Assembly (NCBI GenBank): GCA_965204735.1
Contig: OZ242008.1
Location: 3,296,001-3,360,000 of the forward strand
Source: Longimicrobiales bacterium
Lineage (GTDB): Bacteria > Gemmatimonadota > Gemmatimonadetes > Longimicrobiales > Gaopeijiaceae
DNA length: 64,000 nucleotides
Direction: 5' to 3'
How positions within the stretch are numbered: the stretch's first letter is position 1; every line of letters begins with the position of its first letter. Below are positions 57,748-64,000 of the stretch, piece by piece. The notes beneath the pieces were generated by a model. It did no database searches, had not been told where the DNA came from, and saw only the letters and a program-made list of their open reading frames with translations. The position numbers and the translations under genes were made by a program.

Positions 57748-58596
57748 CGCTTTTCTCCTTGAGGACGCCGCACTTCGCAGAGGTACTGTCGCCACCACGG
57801 GGTTGGGTCGGCAAGCCGGGCGGCGGCCCTCTCTCGTATCCGGTCGATGTCGTACGTTTCCTTTATGCCGTGAGCACGGACGGCCTCGTCGCTGGCAGCA
57901 AGACGTCCGACTTGCAGCCTAAGGTCGGGGTCCTCCAGCTGAATCGCCAACTCGATGGAACTGCCTAGAATCGTCCAGTACGTTGGACCGTGAAGGTAGC
58001 GAGCGGCCAAGCCCTTCAATTCCTCGTACGTGTGTTCGTCGAACGCTTCTGGGCCCCATTCGTCAGCGAACATCGCCAAGGTCTCCAGGGCACTGCTAAC
58101 TGTGGCCTCGTCGCTTGCATGCGAGGAAGCGGTCTCCAGCACGGCCCGCAGCGCTGGCTCACCGAGCGACACCAGCGCCCAGTAGATTCTCCACCCCCCC
58201 CATGGGGAAGGCGGCAAGGGCTGGAATGGCTGTGGGATCGCCCGTTTGCGCGATCTCCAGCGCGACTTCGGTGAGTTCTGCAACGACATGGCCGTCGCGC
58301 AGACTCTCGCTGCCTTCCTTCTGTCGCAACAGGAAATCGACGATCGCGGCCCGCAGTTCGGGGCCTTGCTCGGCCACCGGGATTCGGAGCATGTCCCCGA
58401 GCACCGCTCGGACGCCGACCGTATCGGTGCCCCGCAGGGCTTGAGCTATGGCCAACTGCGCCGGCTCCTGAGCGGCGAGGTCCGGCCGGAGAACGCCAGG
58501 ACCGAAGGTCCCTCCGAGGAACAGAACAGCCCGGACGGAGGCCGGAAGCAGGCCTGCTGGAAGGCCGACGGGACGACCCTTGATCACGGTGCGCAT
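57744..58596 (-). pseudogene. Exported HEAT-like alpha-helical protein split by a frameshift at a G8 tract
   Basis: AAGGAG RBS, signal ending LAA-QE; GDPTAIPAL..PMGG continues as WRIYWALVSLGEPAL in another frame across C8 at 58194-58201. Confidence 0.65.
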
Positions 58597-58778
58597 CGGC
58601 ACTCCTTGGCTGCGAGGTACTGTGCACGCATATCCGTACCCGGCTTCTCCGCCAAGGGTTCCATCCGACGGTTCCCTCCTTGGCCTCGAACCGCCTCTGG
58701 CGTGCATATTGGGAGGGTCGGCCCCATTGTAGTAGAGCGTCGGCAGCACTTCCACCAAGCCTCCATCGGAGAAACGTC

Positions 58779-61700
58779 GTGCCATCTCTCTCCCGCCCGT
58801 CCGCGTTCCCGTTCCGTCCGGTCGCCGGTCTCCTGGTCGCCGTTGCGGCCGCCGCCCCTCCGCCGGCCGCCGCCCAATCCGACATGGACACGCCCGCGGA
58901 CCCCTTCGCCCAGGCCACCGCCGCCCTCAAGTTCCGCGCGATCGGTCCCACGATCATGAGCGGGCGCGTGTCGGACTTGGCCGTGGTCGAGTCGGACCCG
59001 CGCGTCTTCTACGTCGGCACCGCCAGCGGCGGCGTGTGGAAGACCGAGAACGCCGGCATCACCTTCGAGCACGTCTTCAAGGACGAAGCGACGGCCTCGG
59101 TGGGCGACGTGACCGTGGCGCCGTCGAACCCCAACGTCGTCTGGGTCGGCACGGGCGAGCCGCAGAACCGGCAAAGCTCGCCGTGGGGCAACGGCGTCTA
59201 CCGCTCCACCGACGCCGGGCGCACGTGGTCGCACCTGGGGCTGTCCAACACGCACCACATCGCGCGCATTCAGGTCCACCCAAGGGACCCGGACGTGGCG
59301 TACGTGGCGGCGGTCGGCCACCTGTGGGGCGCCAACCCGGAGCGGGGCGTCTACCGCACCACTGACGGCGGCGACACGTGGGAGCAAGTCCTGCACATCG
59401 ACGACGACACCGGCGCCATCGACCTGGTCATGGACCCGGCGGACCCGCGCACGCTCTTCGCGGCCACGTACCAGCGGCGACGGCGCGCCTGGGGCTTCAA
59501 CGGCGGCGGACCCGGCAGCGGCATCCACCGCACCACCGACGGTGGCGACACGTGGACCGAGCTGACCGACGGACTGCCGGAGGGCGACAAGGGGCGGATC
59601 GGGCTGGCCGTCTACCGGGGCAACGGCAACGTGGTCTTCGCGCTGGTCGAAGCCGATCCGCGGGCGCCGGGGCAAGGCTTCGGCGGCGGGCCGCCCGAGC
59701 GCGAGCGCAAGAACGGCGTCTACCGTTCCACCGACCGGGGCGAGACGTGGGAGCACCTGAGCACGACCAACAATCGTCCCATGTACTACAGCCAGATATG
59801 GGTGGACCCCAACGACCCCGAGCGCGTGTACCTGGGCGGTTCCAGCATGTACCGGTCGTCCGACGGCGGGCGCAACTTCACTCCCGACGCGGCGGCCGGC
59901 GTGCACTTGGACCATCATGCGCTGTGGATCGACCCGGCGGACTCGGACCACCTGATCCTGGGCGGCGACGGCGGCGTGTCGGTGAGCTGGGACCGCTCCG
60001 ACAACTGGTACCAGTTCCGCAACCTGCCGATCTCCCAGTTCTACGAGATCGGCGTGGACATGCAGGACCCGTATCACGTGTGCGGCGGCTTGCAGGACAA
60101 CGGTTCTTGGTGCGCGCCGTCGGACACGTGGTCGAACCAGGGAATTCGCACGCGCGACTGGTACAACGTGGGCTCGGGCGACGGCTTCTTCACGGTGATG
60201 CACCCGACCGACTCGGACGTGATGATCGCCGAGTCGCAGGGCGGCAACCTGTTCCGCGTGAACCGGGCGACGGGGGAGCGGACGCGGATTCGGCCCGTCG
60301 CGCGGCCCTTGGCGGACTCGGAGGCGGAGGCGGACTCGGCGGAGGGCGAAGACGACAACGAGCGCGAGCTGCGGTGGAACTGGGACACGCCGATGCTGCT
60401 GTCGGCCCACGACGACCAGGTCTTGTACGCGGGCGCGAACGTGCTCTTCCGGTCGGCCGACCTGGGGCAGAGCTGGACCGAGATCAGCCCGGACCTGACC
60501 TATGCGATCGACCGGGACACGCTGTCGCTGATGGGCGTGGCGGGAAGCGAGGCGCAGATGTCCCGCAACGACGGCCAGTCCAGCTACGGCAACTTGACGG
60601 CAATCGCCGAGTCGCCCCTGGACGCCGCGGTCGGCTACACGGGAAGCGACGACGGGCGGCTGCACGGAACCCGCGACGGAGGCGCCACCTGGCAGGACCT
60701 GACGCCCAACGTGCCCGACCTGCCGCCGCACACCTACGTGACGCGCATCGTGGCGTCGGGCGGGGACGCGGGCACGATCTTTGCCGCCTTCGACGGCCAC
60801 CGGAACGACGACTTCGCCGCATACGTGTACGCAAGCGCCGACTTCGGCGAGAGCTGGGAGCGGATCACCGACGGGCTGCCCGCGATCTCGGTCAACGCGC
60901 TGGCGCAGCATCCGACCGCGCACGACCTGCTCTTCGTGGGCAACGAGGTCGGCGTGTACTTCTCGATCGACGCGGGCGCGGCCTGGCGCCGGCTGGACGG
61001 CGGGCTGCCCACGGTGCCGGTGGACGACATCGTCGTGCATCCCCGGGAGAACGACCTGGTGGTCGGCACGCACGGCCTTGGCATCTGGATCATGGACGAC
61101 GTCGCGCCGCTGGCGGAGCTGAGCGCCGAGGTCATGGCGTCCAGCGCTCACTTGTTCACCGTGCGCCGGGCGACTTCGTACAACCCGTACCGCCCCCAGG
61201 GCTGGACGCCGGGCATCTATGCTGCGCCGAATCCGAGTGCGGGCGCCCGAGTGCGCTACTGGCTGGGCGCGGAGGCCGACAGCGTCTCGGTCACGATCCG
61301 CACCCGGGCGGGGGCCGTGTTGCGCGAGCTCGAAGGTGGGGGCGACGCGGGCCTCAACGAGGTGATCTGGGACCTGCGGCTGACGGAGGACGGGGCCGAC
61401 GGCGAGCCGATGCGACCGGGGCCGCGGGTGATGCCGGGCCGCTACGTCGTGGCGCTGGCGGTGGGCGCCGACACGCTGGAGACGGGCGTCGGCGTGCGGC
61501 TGGACCCCCGCGTCGAGATGTCCCGTTCGGTCATTGCGTCGCGCCACGAGGCGATGATGGAGTCGTACCGCCTGTCGGGCGCGGTCCAGGGCGCCAACGA
61601 GCGGATCGAGTCGATGGGCGAGCAGCTGGACGAGATCGAGGCGCGGGTAGAGGCCGCCGGCGACGGTTTGTCGGAGGCGCTGGCCGAAGAGCTGGACGGC

Positions 61701-61988
61701 CAGATCGAGGCGTTCCGGGAGGCCCTGGAGGAGGTCGACGAGGCGTTGGGGGACGCGAGCGCCGGCGCGTTCATGTGGAACGCGATCCAGGGCGCCAGCG
61801 GCCCGCCGACGGACGACCAGCTGTGGTGGATCGACCGCTCGTGGGAAGAGGTCCCCCCGATTGTCGAGCAGGTGAACGCGATGCTGAGCGGGCGGCTCCC
61901 GGCGCTGTACGACCGGCTGGCGGAAGAGGGCGTGCGCCCGGAGGCGGGGGAGCCGGTGGCGGTGCCTCGGCGGGGCGGGGGTGGGTGA
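58779..61988 (+). CDS. Secreted VPS10/sortilin-like BNR-repeat protein (glycosyl hydrolase-like)
   Basis: FRAIGP..MSGRV, many S/TxDxGxTW Asp-boxes, VCGGLQDNG, GDGF, C-terminal coiled coil. Confidence 0.88.
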   Translation: MPSLSRPSAFPFRPVAGLLVAVAAAAPPPAAAQSDMDTPADPFAQATAALKFRAIGPTIMSGRVSDLAVVESDPRVFYVGTASGGVWKTENAGITFEHVFKDEATASVGDVTVAPSNPNVVWVGTGEPQNRQSSPWGNGVYRSTDAGRTWSHLGLSNTHHIARIQVHPRDPDVAYVAAVGHLWGANPERGVYRTTDGGDTWEQVLHIDDDTGAIDLVMDPADPRTLFAATYQRRRRAWGFNGGGPGSGIHRTTDGGDTWTELTDGLPEGDKGRIGLAVYRGNGNVVFALVEADPRAPGQGFGGGPPERERKNGVYRSTDRGETWEHLSTTNNRPMYYSQIWVDPNDPERVYLGGSSMYRSSDGGRNFTPDAAAGVHLDHHALWIDPADSDHLILGGDGGVSVSWDRSDNWYQFRNLPISQFYEIGVDMQDPYHVCGGLQDNGSWCAPSDTWSNQGIRTRDWYNVGSGDGFFTVMHPTDSDVMIAESQGGNLFRVNRATGERTRIRPVARPLADSEAEADSAEGEDDNERELRWNWDTPMLLSAHDDQVLYAGANVLFRSADLGQSWTEISPDLTYAIDRDTLSLMGVAGSEAQMSRNDGQSSYGNLTAIAESPLDAAVGYTGSDDGRLHGTRDGGATWQDLTPNVPDLPPHTYVTRIVASGGDAGTIFAAFDGHRNDDFAAYVYASADFGESWERITDGLPAISVNALAQHPTAHDLLFVGNEVGVYFSIDAGAAWRRLDGGLPTVPVDDIVVHPRENDLVVGTHGLGIWIMDDVAPLAELSAEVMASSAHLFTVRRATSYNPYRPQGWTPGIYAAPNPSAGARVRYWLGAEADSVSVTIRTRAGAVLRELEGGGDAGLNEVIWDLRLTEDGADGEPMRPGPRVMPGRYVVALAVGADTLETGVGVRLDPRVEMSRSVIASRHEAMMESYRLSGAVQGANERIESMGEQLDEIEARVEAAGDGLSEALAEELDGQIEAFREALEEVDEALGDASAGAFMWNAIQGASGPPTDDQLWWIDRSWEEVPPIVEQVNAMLSGRLPALYDRLAEEGVRPEAGEPVAVPRRGGGG

Positions 61989-63157
61989 CGCAGCGGTCCC
62001 TTGGTAGAACGTGCGCCACGGCGGTCGCCATGGTGCTGTGGGTCACTCCCGAATCTGCGGACGCGGCGCAGGGTCCAACGCGCATCGTGTCGATCGGCGC
62101 CTTGGACTCACCGAACGGGGAGTGGTTTCAGCGAGTCGGCGACATCAGCGTCGCCGACAACGGGTGGATCTGCATAGCCGATTCCGGCCGTCTCGAGATC
62201 TTCTGCTACTCCGCAGACGGAAAGCTGCAATCGTCCATGGGCGGCGAAGGAGACGGACCTGGGGAGCTACGTGCGCTTTCCGCCATTGAGGCCGACACCG
62301 TGGTCGTCGCGTGGGATCCGGTTACGGGACGCACGTTAACGTTCAGCCTTGACGGCCGCATTGCAGGCAGCGAAAGGACTCGGCCGAGGGGGTTCGACGC
62401 GGGCACGGCCCGCCGTCTGCAAAACGGTTCTTTGGTGAGCGTAACCGCCGCCCGCTTCATCCATGGAGAGAGGTACGATCCGCACCACCGGATCGTGCTC
62501 TCGCGACTCGAGACGACCGACACCATCGCAACCATTCGAACCGACGCCGCGTTCTGGTACGACGCAGCCGACGGCGTGCCGTACGGTGCCATTTCGACCC
62601 CCTTCGGAGACGGCGGCGCGTGGAGCTTCATCGGCGACTCGGTGCTGGTCGTCGCGGACGGGTACTCGGGGGAGCTGACGTGGTACCAAGCGAACGCGAC
62701 CGGGTTGGCGGTTGCCCGGCGCACCCAAGTGCCGGTCGAAGTACGGTCGGTCTCGGATCAAGACCTGGCCGATCTCGAGAAGTCGCTTCGCACAGAGCGC
62801 GGCGATGCTGTGCCGCGGGACATTGTCCTGGGAGCACCGCCGTCGTGGTCCGGGGTCACCGACTTGCTTGTCGGCGACGGTGGCGACATGGCCTACATCG
62901 GTTCACGCGACAGGGACGGCCGTACCTACTGGCGTGCCCTGCGTTCCGACGACAGCCTGCACTCGGTGCCCCTGCCGCCCGACTTCGCGCTGAAGGCCGT
63001 GAGCGACGGAGTGTTCTACGGGGTGGTCACCGACGAACTCGGCGTGCAGCAGGTCGTTGGGCTTCGAGTGGACGCCAGTTCTGGCAACCCTTCGTTAGCC
63101 CCCTGGCTGCAACTGCGGGCATGTGCAACTGAAGATCGTTCGCGGCTTGGTCCGTGA
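61985..63157 (+). CDS. Exported 6-bladed beta-propeller protein
   Basis: Signal peptide, IG......F, ICIAD, GG.GDGPGE, terminal YGVVTDELGVQQV; GTGA overlap. Confidence 0.7.
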   Translation: MTQRSLGRTCATAVAMVLWVTPESADAAQGPTRIVSIGALDSPNGEWFQRVGDISVADNGWICIADSGRLEIFCYSADGKLQSSMGGEGDGPGELRALSAIEADTVVVAWDPVTGRTLTFSLDGRIAGSERTRPRGFDAGTARRLQNGSLVSVTAARFIHGERYDPHHRIVLSRLETTDTIATIRTDAAFWYDAADGVPYGAISTPFGDGGAWSFIGDSVLVVADGYSGELTWYQANATGLAVARRTQVPVEVRSVSDQDLADLEKSLRTERGDAVPRDIVLGAPPSWSGVTDLLVGDGGDMAYIGSRDRDGRTYWRALRSDDSLHSVPLPPDFALKAVSDGVFYGVVTDELGVQQVVGLRVDASSGNPSLAPWLQLRACATEDRSRLGP

Positions 63158-63342
63158 GTGACTCCAGCGGCATCTGTGTCAAGGAAGATGTCAGTCATGT
63201 TGATTGCATATGTGATGTGCTCTTTGACAGAGTCGAACGTGATCGCACCCCAGTCGTCTCGCCTCACGAGATCAACATCTCGGTAGTTGGTGATCGACTC
63301 AATGCTGCTCTTCAAGCTGGTGAGTGTGTCCTCGGAAATCAT
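63016..63342 (-). pseudogene. Truncated low-GC hypothetical gene fragment
   Basis: AAGGA RBS and ATG; about 60 plausible AT-rich codons (LVRRDDWGAITF), then runs into the opposite-strand gene. Confidence 0.4.
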
Positions 63343-63532
63343 TTGAGTGAGGTCCTTCGGGTCTCAGGATGCAGGCGTTCCAGGTACTGACTGACTGTAG
63401 TTGAGGTGGACTCCAGAGTCAAGTGGCCTCGCACCGTGGCCCTTCGCGGGACCGCGCCGGGCTGTCCCCGCTCCTCGCTCCAACTGGGGTGGGCTGCCCA
63501 GGCCAAGGGAATCTACGGCCGCCGCTGGTGAA

Positions 63533-63850
63533 CCACCGTCGTGGTCCAGTGCTCCGTTCCCTCGACTGGGCCGCATCCCTCATGGACACGGCGGCCGGGC
63601 TCGAGACGGTCGCCGGAGGCCGTGGATCACCGACTTGGTTGTTGCCGACGACGGCGACGTGACATACATTGGTTCGCACGACAGGAACGGCCGCACGTAC
63701 TGGCGAGCCGTGCATCCCGACGACAGCCTGGAAGCGGTGCCCCTGCCGCCCGACTTCGAGCTGAAGGCCGTGAGCGACGGCGTCTTCTACGGCGTGGTCG
63801 CCGACGAGTTCGACGTGCAGCGGGTCGTCGGGATTCGAGTGGAGAGGTAG
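63533..63850 (+). pseudogene. Orphan 3' fragment of a paralogue of the 61985-63157 gene
   Basis: 63626-63844 aligns without gaps to 62855-63073 (34 mismatches in 219 nt by hand count). Confidence 0.85.
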
Positions 63851-63858
63851 GAGGGCAC

Positions 63859-64000
63859 TTGAGAGAAATTCGGCGGTTGGTCCGAACGCTGGGGGTCGTC
63901 GCTGGGCTTCCGGCGACGTGCTCGCTTGCGCTCGGCGCCTGCGGGGACGCTTCGGACTCGGCCGACTTTCTCGATACGGAGATCCACCCGGACGCGGAGA
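63859..64000 (+). CDS. Lipoprotein, 5' partial
   Basis: GGAGG RBS, TTG start, MREIRRLVRTLGVVAGLPATCSLALGA-CGD lipobox; runs off the window. Confidence 0.65.
   Translation, partial: MREIRRLVRTLGVVAGLPATCSLALGACGDASDSADFLDTEIHPDAE

Noticed and set aside
58698..58713. Second sigma-54 promoter (TGGCGTGCATATTGGG)
   Set aside because: The -12 element is GG rather than the required GC.
35160..63530. Integron cassette array explaining the low-GC inserts
   Set aside because: No integrase and no recurring attC-like RYYYAAC...GTTRRRY boundaries found.
62855..63844. Diversity-generating retroelement TR/VR pair
   Set aside because: About half of the 34 mismatches involve no adenine in either copy, many are synonymous third positions, and no reverse transcriptase is in the window.
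63787..63987. Minus-strand 66-aa ORF
   Set aside because: The opposite strand has an RBS, TTG start and lipobox, which is better supported.

Overview
High-GC bacterial chromosomal segment. Gene content and order (cpoB-nrdR-tatC-lptD, aroQ-efp-accB-accC-comB-ftsK-lolA-rimO, many beta-propeller lipoproteins, carboxypeptidase-regulatory and VPS10-like proteins) resemble Gemmatimonadota, possibly a marine host-associated lineage; this taxonomy is an inference. Positions 1-35 kb are mostly core envelope, LPS and metabolic genes, and include a stand-alone reductive-dehalogenase-like gene and a perfect sigma-54 promoter. Positions 35-64 kb are accessory-rich: a lower-GC two-gene island with a zinc metalloprotease; a DUF4159/vWA cluster; msrPQ; a vapBC pair whose antitoxin has two DNA-binding domains; a divergent MerR-like/ARPP-1 (DUF6569) pair with repeated operator-like boxes; two ECF sigma genes (one frameshifted); an NDT/TIR-like putative defence gene; a secreted HEAT-like gene interrupted at a G8 tract and coupled to an NYN nuclease; and several deleted or duplicated gene remnants. 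Short local tandem duplications recur at gene ends, twice inside signal-peptide n-regions. I saw no rRNA, tRNA, CRISPR array, integrase, transposase or reverse transcriptase. All family calls come from motif recognition by eye, not database searches.
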